Of a stretch of 64,000 bases of DNA, positions 19,951-29,268 are shown one piece after another. Every line of letters begins with the position of its first letter. Within the stretch, counting starts at the first letter, position 1. This DNA is from Candidatus Deferrimicrobiaceae bacterium. Lineage in GTDB: Bacteria; Desulfobacterota; Deferrimicrobia; Deferrimicrobiales; Deferrimicrobiaceae. The translations under genes and the position numbers were made by a program. The notes beneath the pieces are model-generated. The model was not told the origin of the DNA. It ran no database searches and saw only the letters and a list, made by a program, of their open reading frames with translations. The DNA lies in assembly GCA_963792415.1 (NCBI GenBank), contig CAWBVY010000006.1:480001-544000 (forward strand). Direction: 5' to 3'.

Positions 19951-20862
19951 TCAATGCTCCCGGGCGATCCGGGCGGGTACAGCCAGAAGCTCCTCGACGG
20001 TCACGGGGCGGATTCCTTCCGTGCGCAACTGCGTGAGGAGTTCGAGAAGGGCCTTGCGCGTCTCGCGGCGGGCGTGGCACAGGAGAATCGCCTCGCCCCG
20101 CTCCTTCGCCAAAGCGATAACGGCGGCCCACTGGCGCCGCATCTCCTCGGGCCGGCCGTCGTCGTCGAGGAAGGCGTCACGCCGGGTCGCGCGGACCCCC
20201 GCGTCCTCCATGGCCATGGATGCGACGGTGCCCGCCGAGGTTACGCTGTCGACGAAGAAGAACCCTTTCCTCTTGAGCGCCCGCGCGAAGGATGCCATCG
20301 CGCCGAGGTCGGAGGTGAACGCCGACCCCATGTGATTGCACGCTCCGTTCGCCTGGGGAACGTCGGCGGCCATCCGGGCGAAACGGTCCGCGATCTCCTC
20401 CGGCGTCATCCCCCGGCGAAGGAGGAACGGCTTCGTCCGGTCGGCGACGCCGCCTTCCGCCTCCATCGGGACGTTGAGGATCACGCCGAAGCCGCGGGTC
20501 CGGGCCGAAGCCGCGAACGATTTGGAGGAGGGACCGTACGGTAAGACGGATACGGTGATCCGCTCTGGAAAGTCGAGCCACTCGGCGTCCCGCACCGGAT
20601 CGTACCCGAAGTCGTCGACGACGATCGCGAGCCGGGGACCCGGAGGCGGCCCGGCCGCCCCGTTGTCCGAGGCGACCGGGGACATCGGGACCACGGCGGG
20701 GGAGTCCGCGAGCTTATCCCCCGTCGACCGCTCCGCCTCGGGCGCCCGGAACAGGACGACACCCACCAGCAGCAGGCCTGCGAGGAAAGCCCCGGCCATC
20801 AGGACGCCCCACCCCCACCGCTTCCTTCCCCTGCCCTTCCTCCCGGCGACGGTTCCCGGCAT
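19951..20862 (-). CDS. Divergent polysaccharide deacetylase family protein
   Basis: N-terminal TM; AIVVDDFG, NHMGSAFT, FFVDSVT, RRDAFLD; follows ctpA. Confidence 0.85.
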   Translation of the reverse strand: MPGTVAGRKGRGRKRWGWGVLMAGAFLAGLLLVGVVLFRAPEAERSTGDKLADSPAVVPMSPVASDNGAAGPPPGPRLAIVVDDFGYDPVRDAEWLDFPERITVSVLPYGPSSKSFAASARTRGFGVILNVPMEAEGGVADRTKPFLLRRGMTPEEIADRFARMAADVPQANGACNHMGSAFTSDLGAMASFARALKRKGFFFVDSVTSAGTVASMAMEDAGVRATRRDAFLDDDGRPEEMRRQWAAVIALAKERGEAILLCHARRETRKALLELLTQLRTEGIRPVTVEELLAVPARIAREH

Positions 20863-20873
20863 ATTCCGACCGG

Positions 20874-22271
20874 TCAGGACGCCTTCCGCTTGTCGATGAA
20901 CCGGGACTTGAAGATTTCCCACCCCTTCAGAAGCTCGACCGCGCGGTCGAGCTGGGGGTCCTTCACTTCACCCGGACGCACTTCGGACTCCCGTGGGGTT
21001 TCCTTCTTCCCGCCGTTCCGGTCCTCCTTTTTTCCCGCCTTCGGAACGACGACCGGCGTCGGCGGTTCCTCTCCGTCCCCCTTCAGGTGCCGCTCGATGT
21101 CCTTCTCCCGCAGCATCCCCGCATGACCTTCGGGCGGCTCCCTGCCGTCCGAAACAAGGATGTCGGGCTCGATCCCCTTCGCCTGGATCGACCGCCCGTT
21201 GGGGGTGTAGTACCGGGCCGTCGTCAGCCGGAGCGCGGAGCCGTCCTCCAGCGGAAGGATCGTCTGGACCGACGCCTTGCCGAAGGTGGTCTGGCCGATG
21301 ATGATCGCCCGTCCGTGGTCCTGCAGCGCGCCTGCGACGATCTCGGAGGCGGAGGCGGACCCGGCGTTCACCAGCACGACGATCGGGAACCCGGTGTACG
21401 TCCCCTCCTTGTGGGCGACGTACTTCGTCTTCTGGGCCTCGACCCGGCCGTCCGTGTAGACGATGAGCCCCGATTCAACGAACTCGTCCGCGATCCGGAC
21501 CGCCTGGTCGAGCAGTCCGCCCGGGTTGTTCCGCAGGTCGAGGATGAGGCCTTTCAGCCCCCCCTTCTCCTTCAGGAACGCCTGCAGGGCCCGGTTGACC
21601 TCCTGGTGGGAGTCCTGCTGGAACTGCGCCAGCCGGATGTAGCCGATCCCGTCCCCCATCGGCTTGGACTTGACGCTCTTGATCTTGATGATGTCGCGCG
21701 TGATGGTGTATGCCTTCGGCTCGGGCAGCGATTCCCGCACCACCGTGATCGTGACCTTGCTCCCCGGCTCTCCCCGGAGCCGCTTCACAGCGTCCATCAC
21801 ATTCATGTTCTTGGTCGACTCGTTCTCGATCTTCACGATCTTGTCCCCGGCGAGCAGGCCCGCCCGGGCCGCCGGGGTGTCCTCGATCGGTGCGATCACC
21901 GTGAGAAAGCCTTCCTTCATCCCGATCTCGATCCCCAGGCCCCCGAACGTCCCCTTCGTCTCGACCTCGACCTGCTTCAGCATCTCCGGTGTGAGGTAGG
22001 AACTGTGCGGATCGAGCGTCTGGACCATCCCGTTCACAGCCCCCCGGACGAGGTTGTCGACGTTCACCTCCTCGACATAGCTGCTCTGGATGATCGAGAG
22101 GACGTCGCCGAAGAGCTTCAGCTTGCTGTAGGCGACGTTCGCCTGCGCGCCATGCCGGGAGGTCGTGAGGTCTCCCACCACGAATCCTCCGACGAACACC
22201 GCGACGATCAGGACGGTTCCCAGCCACTTGCTCCCCGTTGTCTTGCGGGGTGCGGCTCCTTTTGGCTCCAT
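20874..22271 (-). CDS. ctpA: Carboxy-terminal processing protease, S41A
   Basis: LDPHSSY, PDZ GGLGIEIG, DLRNNPGGLL, SASASEIVAGALQD, TFGKASVQ. Confidence 0.95.
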   Translation of the reverse strand: MEPKGAAPRKTTGSKWLGTVLIVAVFVGGFVVGDLTTSRHGAQANVAYSKLKLFGDVLSIIQSSYVEEVNVDNLVRGAVNGMVQTLDPHSSYLTPEMLKQVEVETKGTFGGLGIEIGMKEGFLTVIAPIEDTPAARAGLLAGDKIVKIENESTKNMNVMDAVKRLRGEPGSKVTITVVRESLPEPKAYTITRDIIKIKSVKSKPMGDGIGYIRLAQFQQDSHQEVNRALQAFLKEKGGLKGLILDLRNNPGGLLDQAVRIADEFVESGLIVYTDGRVEAQKTKYVAHKEGTYTGFPIVVLVNAGSASASEIVAGALQDHGRAIIIGQTTFGKASVQTILPLEDGSALRLTTARYYTPNGRSIQAKGIEPDILVSDGREPPEGHAGMLREKDIERHLKGDGEEPPTPVVVPKAGKKEDRNGGKKETPRESEVRPGEVKDPQLDRAVELLKGWEIFKSRFIDKRKAS

Positions 22272-22286
22272 GCGCTTGTCGGCTCC

Positions 22287-23510
22287 TTAACGGTCTAGTG
22301 GGATAACGGAGGTCGGATCGATGGCGGTGCCTCCCGCCCGCAGCTCCAAGTATAACACCGATTTCCCGGACGGCGATCCCGGCAGTCGCCCAACCACCGT
22401 CCCTTTATTCACGGCCTCGCCCTGCTTCACGAGGAACGAATCCAGGCGGCCGTACACGGAAAAGAGCCCGCCACCGTGCTGCACGATCAGCACGTTTCCG
22501 AACCCGGAGACGGCCCCGGCGAACGCGACCTCCCCCTGCCCGACCGACTTCACGGACGCCCCCGAAGGAGCTTCGATCTCCACCCCGCGGTTCTCGATCG
22601 TCACGTCGAACGTCGTGTCGTGCTGTCGTCCGAAGCGGGTGACCACCTTTCCCGGCAACGGCGCGGAAAGCCCCCCCGAAAGCGACGCGAACCGTCGCGG
22701 GGCTTCCGCGGCCCCCCCCGCCCCCGATTTCCCCGCCGCCGCCTTCCGCGCGCGCCGTTCCCGCTCCTTCACTTGCCGTTCCACCCGGGACACGACGGAC
22801 TCCATCCGGGCGATCTTCGCGCGAAGGGATTTCAGCTCCTTCTCCTTCCGCTTCTTCTCCCGCTCGATCCCGGCGAGGCGCCGGCGCTCCGCCTCCTGCC
22901 GGGAGAGGAGCGTATCGCCGACCTGCTTCTCCCGGGTCCTCTTCTTCTCCGTGACGGCGACCTGCCGCTCGAGCCCGGTGAGTTCCTCCTCCTTCCGGTC
23001 CCGGTCCCGGGTGATCCTGGCGACACCCTCCGCGTCCGCCGCGAGGTAGACACGCATGAAGTGCCGCTCCCTTTCCCGGTCGGACGGGTGCCACGGATCC
23101 CCCTCTCCGGCCCCTTGCCCGGCGAAGGCGACGACTACCGCCCGGCGGAGGTCGGTCCTGGCCTGCCCGTGCGCCGCCTCGAGTTCCCGCACCGCCTTCT
23201 CCGTCCGCTCCAGCCGGTCGTTCAAGGCCGAGACCTTCCGTTCGATGCCGGAGAGCAGGCGTTTCTGGCGCTTCAGCCGCCCCTGCAGTTCATCGACGCG
23301 CCCCTTCGAACGTTTCTCCTTCCGGAGCGCCTCGGTCAACTCCCGGGCCGTCTTCTCCTCCCGCTCTTTCATCTCGAGCAACCGGCCTTTCTCCCTGCGA
23401 AGTTCGGCCGCGACATCCCGCGCCCCCCTTGCCGCAGGTGGGAAGAGGACCCCAAGCGACACCATCGCGACGAGGAACGCGGAGAGGATCCGGCGGGCTC
23501 CCGGTGTCAT
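22287..23510 (-). CDS. envC: Murein hydrolase activator EnvC-like (coiled coil plus degenerate M23)
   Basis: Signal peptide, long coiled coil, C-terminal LytM domain lacking zinc ligands; follows ftsX. Confidence 0.8.
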   Translation of the reverse strand: MTPGARRILSAFLVAMVSLGVLFPPAARGARDVAAELRREKGRLLEMKEREEKTARELTEALRKEKRSKGRVDELQGRLKRQKRLLSGIERKVSALNDRLERTEKAVRELEAAHGQARTDLRRAVVVAFAGQGAGEGDPWHPSDRERERHFMRVYLAADAEGVARITRDRDRKEEELTGLERQVAVTEKKRTREKQVGDTLLSRQEAERRRLAGIEREKKRKEKELKSLRAKIARMESVVSRVERQVKERERRARKAAAGKSGAGGAAEAPRRFASLSGGLSAPLPGKVVTRFGRQHDTTFDVTIENRGVEIEAPSGASVKSVGQGEVAFAGAVSGFGNVLIVQHGGGLFSVYGRLDSFLVKQGEAVNKGTVVGRLPGSPSGKSVLYLELRAGGTAIDPTSVIPLDR

Positions 23511-24397
23511 TTCCGACCGGCGCGGGCCGCACTCCATCCGAGGAGGGACGCCGCCGCGCAGAGCAGGGCCGCGCCGATGGAGAAGAGAACGGCCGCCGCA
23601 ATCGTCCGGGGAAGAAGGAGGTCGGCCGGGGGACCGATCACCCTTTCAAGGAACGGGAATTTCCGAAGGGAGAGGAACAGCGCCCCGCCGCCCGCCGCCG
23701 TTCCGGCCGCCGCGAGGAGGAATCCGGAAATCGCCGCCCCCCCCGCGCGGAGAAAGGCCAGGCGGCCCGAGGAAACCCCCCGCTCCGCGAGAAAGGCGAA
23801 ATCCGTTGCAAGGGCGACCGCGCGCGCCCGCTCCTGGAGGCGGCCGACGAGGAAGAAGCCGGCGAGGAAGGCGCCGAAGATCCCCCAGCACGCCCAGGAT
23901 GCCAGACGGCCGGCGCGCAGCAGCCGGGGAAGCCATTCCTCCCCCGCCAGTACCCGCTCGACCTGGGAGACGGCCCGGAGGGCGGAGGCGACGAGGTCGA
24001 CATCTTCCCCGGTCAACCGGTCGGGACGGATCCGGATCTCGATGTAGCCCGGCAACGGATTCTCTCCGGCGCCGCGCAGCGGTTCCAGACCCGGATACGC
24101 CAGCAGGAACTCCTTCCACGCCGCCTCCGGGTCCCGGTACGTCGCGGAGCGCACCTGGGGGAGTGCGGCGGCCTTCCGCGCCAGTCCTTCCGCCTCTGCG
24201 GAAGGGACCTCCGCGCGCAGTACCGCGGTAATGGCGTACCGGTCGGCAAGGATCCGGCTCACCCCTCCCGACAGGACCAGGGTAAGGAGCGCGAAGCCGA
24301 GGAGGCAGAAGTAGAGGAACCGCCCGATCGTCTCCCGCACGAGAGGATCCCGGGAAAGACGCCAGTCGATCCACAACAGGGAAGGCCGTTCGCTCAA
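23507..24397 (-). CDS. ftsX: Cell division permease FtsX-like
   Basis: TM1, periplasmic domain with ENPLPGYIEIR, three further TMs; TTG start overlaps the ftsE stop. Confidence 0.75.
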   Translation of the reverse strand: MSERPSLLWIDWRLSRDPLVRETIGRFLYFCLLGFALLTLVLSGGVSRILADRYAITAVLRAEVPSAEAEGLARKAAALPQVRSATYRDPEAAWKEFLLAYPGLEPLRGAGENPLPGYIEIRIRPDRLTGEDVDLVASALRAVSQVERVLAGEEWLPRLLRAGRLASWACWGIFGAFLAGFFLVGRLQERARAVALATDFAFLAERGVSSGRLAFLRAGGAAISGFLLAAAGTAAGGGALFLSLRKFPFLERVIGPPADLLLPRTIAAAVLFSIGAALLCAAASLLGWSAARAGRK

Positions 24398-25089
24398 CCG
24401 GGTTCTCCTTTCGCTGCCGCCGCCGCACCGGGGAGGCGGTACACGCGGAATGGCCCGACGGGCTCCGGATTCCCTGCCGCCAGGGCCCACCGCTCCGGGA
24501 TCCTGCGCTCCACGAGAATGACCGTGTTCCCTTCCCGGGCCAGGGCGCGGAACAGCCCCCAGAGCATCTCCCAGAAAGGGACCCCCGCGCCCGCGACCAG
24601 GCCGTCGCAGAACAGGACCTTCGGACCGCGCAGCAGCTCCGCGGCAAGGCACGCCCGTCCCCGCTCGGAGATCGACAGCTCGGCGATCCTCCACCCCGAC
24701 GCGCCCTGCAGGCCGACCATCTGGAGGAGGCGATCCGTGCGCTCCTTCCGCTCGCTTTCCCGCACGCCGCCCCCGGCAAGGGCGGAGCGGCGAAAGAGGT
24801 CCCCCACCGTCAGGCGCGCGTCGGCGACCGTTTGTTCCGGGATGTAGCCGCAGGAAGCGCGCCAGGCGCGGGCAAGGGCGGCGTCCCCCCGGTACAGGGA
24901 CTCCCCGGAGACGACGACGTCCCCGGCATCCGGCCTGCGCTCCCCGCGGAGGATGGAGAGGAGCAACGTCTTTCCCGACGACGGCGGTCCCGTGACGAAC
25001 CACGCCGCGGCGTCCCCGAACGCAAAGTCGAGTCCGTCCCAGAGGGTTGCCCCCCGGGAGAAGACCCCCAGCCGGAACCCCTCGATCAT
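24394..25089 (-). CDS. ftsE: FtsE-like ABC ATPase with degenerate motifs
   Basis: Walker A GPPSSGKT, LSISE, VLFCDG; directly upstream of ftsX-envC. Confidence 0.65.
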   Translation of the reverse strand: MIEGFRLGVFSRGATLWDGLDFAFGDAAAWFVTGPPSSGKTLLLSILRGERRPDAGDVVVSGESLYRGDAALARAWRASCGYIPEQTVADARLTVGDLFRRSALAGGGVRESERKERTDRLLQMVGLQGASGWRIAELSISERGRACLAAELLRGPKVLFCDGLVAGAGVPFWEMLWGLFRALAREGNTVILVERRIPERWALAAGNPEPVGPFRVYRLPGAAAAAKGEPG

Positions 25090-25382
25090 CGGTCCCCGGG
25101 GTCCCCTTCGGCAGGCACGATATCCCCGGACATCAGCCGCCGGATCTCCTCGAGGTGCTGCGCCTTCATCCGGTCCTTGAGCTCGGCCTGCCAGTTCGGC
25201 AGCCCGAGCAGGTCCTCGTACGACGTGCGGACGCTGTCGAGGATCGCGCCGCCCTGGAACGCGTGGGTGATGATCTGCGGGTTGTCCTTCCCCCCGTCCT
25301 CCGTCTGGACGTGGTACACCTTTCCCCGGAACCGGATGTTGTGGTTGAATCCCGAGAGCATCCTCATCTGCGGTCCGCCCAT
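25086..25382 (-). CDS. Conserved hypothetical protein (GFNHN...HVQTED motif)
   Basis: MLSGFNHNIRFRGKVYHVQTEDGGKDNPQIITHAFQGGAIL; GAAGGGG RBS; stop overlaps the ftsE start. Confidence 0.75.
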   Translation of the reverse strand: MGGPQMRMLSGFNHNIRFRGKVYHVQTEDGGKDNPQIITHAFQGGAILDSVRTSYEDLLGLPNWQAELKDRMKAQHLEEIRRLMSGDIVPAEGDPGDR

Positions 25383-25423
25383 CGCCCCTTCGCCTCTCCC
25401 CTTCCGGTTCGTGGTTGGATCCG

Positions 25424-26218
25424 CTACAGGGACACGCGGACCACGTCGTGCAACTCCATTCCGAAAAATCCCTTCCCCACCCGCGCGAACCGCTCCGGAT
25501 CGTCCGTCACGAGGAATTCGACCACTCCCGGTGCCACGGCCCGGCGAACCTGCGTCTCGGAGAGCAGGATGTCGACAACCCGCGCGGCTTCCTCGGCGGA
25601 GTCGATCAGGACGGTGCCGCCCCCGAGGTAATCCCGGATCGGCGCCTTCAGCACGGGGTAATGGGTGCACCCGAGGATCAGCGCGTCGGGCGGATCTTCA
25701 AGGAACGGGGCGAGGTATTCCGCGATCACGGCGCGCGTGATCGCGTTGTCGGTCCACCCCTCCTCCGCCAGCGAGACGAGGAGCGGACACGGGATCGAAC
25801 GGACCCGGGCCGATGGAACGGAGAGCCGCAGCGCCTCTTCGTACGCCCCCGAACGAACCGTGCCGAGCGTCCCGATGACGCCGATCGTCCGGTTTCCGGG
25901 CAGGGCGGCGGCGCGCCGCACGCACGGGTCCACCATCCCCACAACCGGGATCTTGTAGATCTTCCGAAGCACGGGAAGGGCGAGGGAGGAGGCGGTGTTG
26001 CACGCGACAACGAGGAGCTTGATGTCGCGGGCCCGGATCAGGTGATTCGCGATCTCGATCGCGTACCGCGTGACGGTTTCCGCGGACTTCCCCCCGTAAG
26101 GCACGCGGGCCGTGTCGCCGAGGTACACGAACCGCTCCGACGGAAGCGCGGACACCAGCTCCCGCAGGACGGTCAACCCTCCCACGCCGGAATCGAACAC
26201 GCCCACCGGGTTTTCCAA
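25424..26218 (-). CDS. murI: Glutamate racemase
   Basis: GVFDSGVGGLTV, DTARVPYG, VVACNTAS, LILGCTHYP. Confidence 0.97.
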   Translation of the reverse strand: MENPVGVFDSGVGGLTVLRELVSALPSERFVYLGDTARVPYGGKSAETVTRYAIEIANHLIRARDIKLLVVACNTASSLALPVLRKIYKIPVVGMVDPCVRRAAALPGNRTIGVIGTLGTVRSGAYEEALRLSVPSARVRSIPCPLLVSLAEEGWTDNAITRAVIAEYLAPFLEDPPDALILGCTHYPVLKAPIRDYLGGGTVLIDSAEEAARVVDILLSETQVRRAVAPGVVEFLVTDDPERFARVGKGFFGMELHDVVRVSL

Positions 26219-26302
26219 GCCTGCTCCTGAAACCTTTGATTTTTTTAAGGTAAAACGCTATCGTATCAAAGTCAACCGAGCGTCGTCCGAAAGGGGGACA
26301 CC

Positions 26303-26587
26303 GTGGATCAGATAATCGATTTTCTCACCAACAAGAACCTGGTGGAAATGGCCGCCGACCCCCGGGTCCTTTTCGGCACCGCGGTCGTCTTCGTCCTGGC
26401 GATCCTGTTCCGCTGGAAATACGTGCTCCTCTTTCTCTTCGCGATCGGCGCGACGATGACGGTCCTTCGGTACACGGGGGGAGGGGGCACCTCCGATACG
26501 ATCGTCGACCAGAACATGATGCTGTTCATCGGCGGGACGATCGTGATCGCCATCGTCCTCATCTACTTCCTCTTCATCGCGGACTGA
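26303..26587 (+). CDS. Small hypothetical membrane protein (3 TM)
   Basis: AGGGGG RBS, GTG start, three hydrophobic segments, high-GC3 codon usage. Confidence 0.7.
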   Translation: MDQIIDFLTNKNLVEMAADPRVLFGTAVVFVLAILFRWKYVLLFLFAIGATMTVLRYTGGGGTSDTIVDQNMMLFIGGTIVIAIVLIYFLFIAD

Positions 26588-26591
26588 TCCC

Positions 26592-27572
26592 ACGTCGCGC
26601 GTCGGCTTCACCACCACGATCCCCGTCGAGATCCTCTTCGCGGCGGGGCGCGTCCCCGTCGACCTGAACAACGTGTTCATCGGGTCGGACCTCCCCGCGG
26701 AGTACCTCCGGGCCGCCGAGGCGGACGGCTTCCCGCGAAACAGCTGCGGCTGGATCAAGGGGATCTACGGCGTGGCCCGCCGGAACGATTTCCGCGAGAT
26801 CGTCGCCGTCACGCAGGGGGATTGCAGCTTCACCCAGGCGCTGATGGAGGTGCTGCGGTACCGGGGGGTGTCCGTGGTGCCGTTCGCCTTCCCGTTCGAC
26901 CGCGACCCCGACCTCCTCTCCAGGGAACTGGCGAAGATGGCGGCCCACTTCGGGACGACGGTCGCCGAGGGGGAGCGATGGAAGGAGCGCCTCGTCGGCG
27001 CCCGTCGCCTCGCCCACCAGATCGACCGCCTGACGTGGGAAGGGGGGAAGGTGACCGGGGAGGAGAACCACCGGTGGCTGGTCGCCTGCTCCGACTTCGA
27101 CGGCGACCCGGACGATTACGCGCGGAGGGCCGCCGCGTTCCTCGCCGAGGCGTCGGCGCGGCCCGCGCGGAACGACTTCGTCCCGATCGCCTTCGTCGGC
27201 GTGCCCCCGATCGTGACCGGGCTGCACAGCTGCTTCGAGGAGGCGGGCGCCCGGACCGTTCTGAACGAGGTGCAGCGGCAGTTCTCCATGCCGGGGACCA
27301 CGGGCTCGCTCGCCGAGCAGTATCTGTCCTACACCTATCCCTACTCCTTCTTCGAGCGGCTGGCGGACATCAAGGCGGAGGCGGCGCGGCGGGAGGTGCG
27401 GGGGATCGTCCATTACGTCCAGTCGTTCTGCTTCCGCCAGATCGAGGACATTATCTTACGGGAAGAGGTCGGTGTGCCGGTCCTTACGCTGGAGGGCGAC
27501 GCTCCCGGCCCGGTGGACGGCCGGACGAAAATCCGGGTCCAGGCGTTCGTCGAAATGCTTCAGGGGCGCTGA
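26592..27572 (+). CDS. 2-hydroxyacyl-CoA dehydratase (HgdAB-like) family subunit
   Basis: VGFTTTIPVE, GFPRNSCGWIKG, TQGDCS, HYVQSFCFRQIED, LTLEGD; conserved N-terminus lies upstream of the first canonical start (26673); in-frame ACG at 26592. Confidence 0.85.
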   Translation, partial: TSRVGFTTTIPVEILFAAGRVPVDLNNVFIGSDLPAEYLRAAEADGFPRNSCGWIKGIYGVARRNDFREIVAVTQGDCSFTQALMEVLRYRGVSVVPFAFPFDRDPDLLSRELAKMAAHFGTTVAEGERWKERLVGARRLAHQIDRLTWEGGKVTGEENHRWLVACSDFDGDPDDYARRAAAFLAEASARPARNDFVPIAFVGVPPIVTGLHSCFEEAGARTVLNEVQRQFSMPGTTGSLAEQYLSYTYPYSFFERLADIKAEAARREVRGIVHYVQSFCFRQIEDIILREEVGVPVLTLEGDAPGPVDGRTKIRVQAFVEMLQGR

Positions 27573-27837
27573 GCCCTAAGGACTCCGGGCTCGCGGGGGG
27601 CTTCCACTCCGCTACGTTCGCGACCTTCGACCGCTCACTGCGATCCCGCTCGACGCAATCGATGCCTCGCTCCATACGCCGCCCCACTCCCGGACAATGG
27701 TCGCTCCCTGGGGTACTCCTGATGAAACAAGACCGGGGAGCACTGCGTGGCCCCCCCGCTGTGCCCCCCGTTTTTCCTGCTGCGGGGGTACCCCAGCAGC
27801 GCGGAGCTCGTATTGGGGCGCCCTTCGTCCCAGAAAC

Positions 27838-29268
27838 TTACCACGCACCGGTTTTCAGATACTCATGCATCGCCGCGGCGGCCTTCCGGCCGGCCCCCAT
27901 CGCGAGGATGACGGTGGCCGCACCGATCACGATGTCCCCCCCGGCGAAAACCCCCTTCTTGCTCGTCTTCCCCGTCTCCTGGTCCGCGAGGATGTTCCCC
28001 CACTTGTTCGTGTCGAGCCCCGGCGTCGTGGAGGGGATTAGCGGATTGGCGCCGTTCCCGATGGAGACGATGACCGTGTCCACCGCGAGCTTGAACTCCG
28101 AGCCTTTTATGACGACCGGGCGACGGCGCCCCGAGGCGTCGGGCTCCCCCAGCTCCATCTTCTGGCACTCCACCTCGGTGACCCGCGACTCGTCGTCCCC
28201 ATGGTAGATGATCGGGTTCGTCAGCAGGTGGAATTCGATCCCCTCCTCTTCCGCGTGGTGCACCTCCTCGACCCGGGCGGGCATCTCCTTCTTCGAGCGG
28301 CGGTAGACGAGGTACACGTTCTTCGCCCCCATCCGCTTCGCGGTGCGCGCCGCGTCCATCGCCACGTTCCCGCCGCCGACGACCGCGACGTTCGTCGCCT
28401 TGTTCAGCGGCGTGTCGGACTCGGGGAACCGGTATGCCTTCATCAGGTTCGCCCGGGTAAGGTACTCGTTCGCCGAGTAGACCCCGATGAGGTTCTCCCC
28501 CGGGATGTTCATGAAGTACGGAAGTCCCGCGCCCGTGCCGACGAAGACGGCGTCGAACCCCTCCTCTTCGAGAAGTTCGTCGATGGTGATCGACTTCCCG
28601 ATGACCGAGTTGCATTCCAGCTTCGCGCCCAGCTTCTGGATGTACTCCACCTCGGCCTGCACGATCTCCTTGGGGAGGCGGAACTCGGGGATGCCGTACA
28701 TGAGCACCCCGCCCGGCTTGTGCAGCGCCTCGAAGATCGTCACGTCGTGCCCGATCTGGACGAGGTCGCCCGCCACGGTCAGCCCCGCGGGGCCCGCTCC
28801 GACCACCGCGACGCGCTTGCCCGTCGGCGCCCCAACTCCTGGGATCTCGACGTTCCCGGTGACGCGCTCGAAGTCTGCGACGAACCGCTCGAGGCGCCCG
28901 ATGGCCACCGGGTCCCCTTTCTTCCCGAGGACGCACGGCTTCTCGCACTGCTCCTCCTGGGGACAGACGCGGCCGCACACCGCCGGGAGCGCGTTGGTCT
29001 CCTTGATCTTCCTCGCCGCCTCGACGAACTTCCCCTTCGCCACGAGGTCGATGAACTCGGGGATCTGGACGCTGACGGGGCACCCCGGCACGCACTGGGG
29101 CTTTTTGCACTGGATGCAGCGGCTCGCCTCCAGGATGGCGAGGTCCGGGGTCAGTCCGTACGGGACTTCCCGGAAGTTCCCGACCCGCACGTTCGGCGGT
29201 TGCTCCGGCATCGGCTGCTTGGGGATGCTGAACGGCTTCGGGCGCGGTTTCGGGGTGGCGTCGGCCAT
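27838..29268 (-). CDS. nfnB: NfnB/SudA-type NADPH-dependent flavoprotein (glutamate synthase small subunit homologue)
   Basis: EASRCIQCKKPQCVPGCP, CGRVCPQEEQC, VGAGPAGL, GGGNVAMD, GAATVILAMGAG; paired with nfnA. Confidence 0.88.
   Translation of the reverse strand: MADATPKPRPKPFSIPKQPMPEQPPNVRVGNFREVPYGLTPDLAILEASRCIQCKKPQCVPGCPVSVQIPEFIDLVAKGKFVEAARKIKETNALPAVCGRVCPQEEQCEKPCVLGKKGDPVAIGRLERFVADFERVTGNVEIPGVGAPTGKRVAVVGAGPAGLTVAGDLVQIGHDVTIFEALHKPGGVLMYGIPEFRLPKEIVQAEVEYIQKLGAKLECNSVIGKSITIDELLEEEGFDAVFVGTGAGLPYFMNIPGENLIGVYSANEYLTRANLMKAYRFPESDTPLNKATNVAVVGGGNVAMDAARTAKRMGAKNVYLVYRRSKKEMPARVEEVHHAEEEGIEFHLLTNPIIYHGDDESRVTEVECQKMELGEPDASGRRRPVVIKGSEFKLAVDTVIVSIGNGANPLIPSTTPGLDTNKWGNILADQETGKTSKKGVFAGGDIVIGAATVILAMGAGRKAAAAMHEYLKTGAW

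Noticed and set aside
27838-29268. Glutamate synthase small subunit gltD
   Set aside because: No gltB nearby and it is paired with an NfnA/SudB subunit, which indicates NfnAB.
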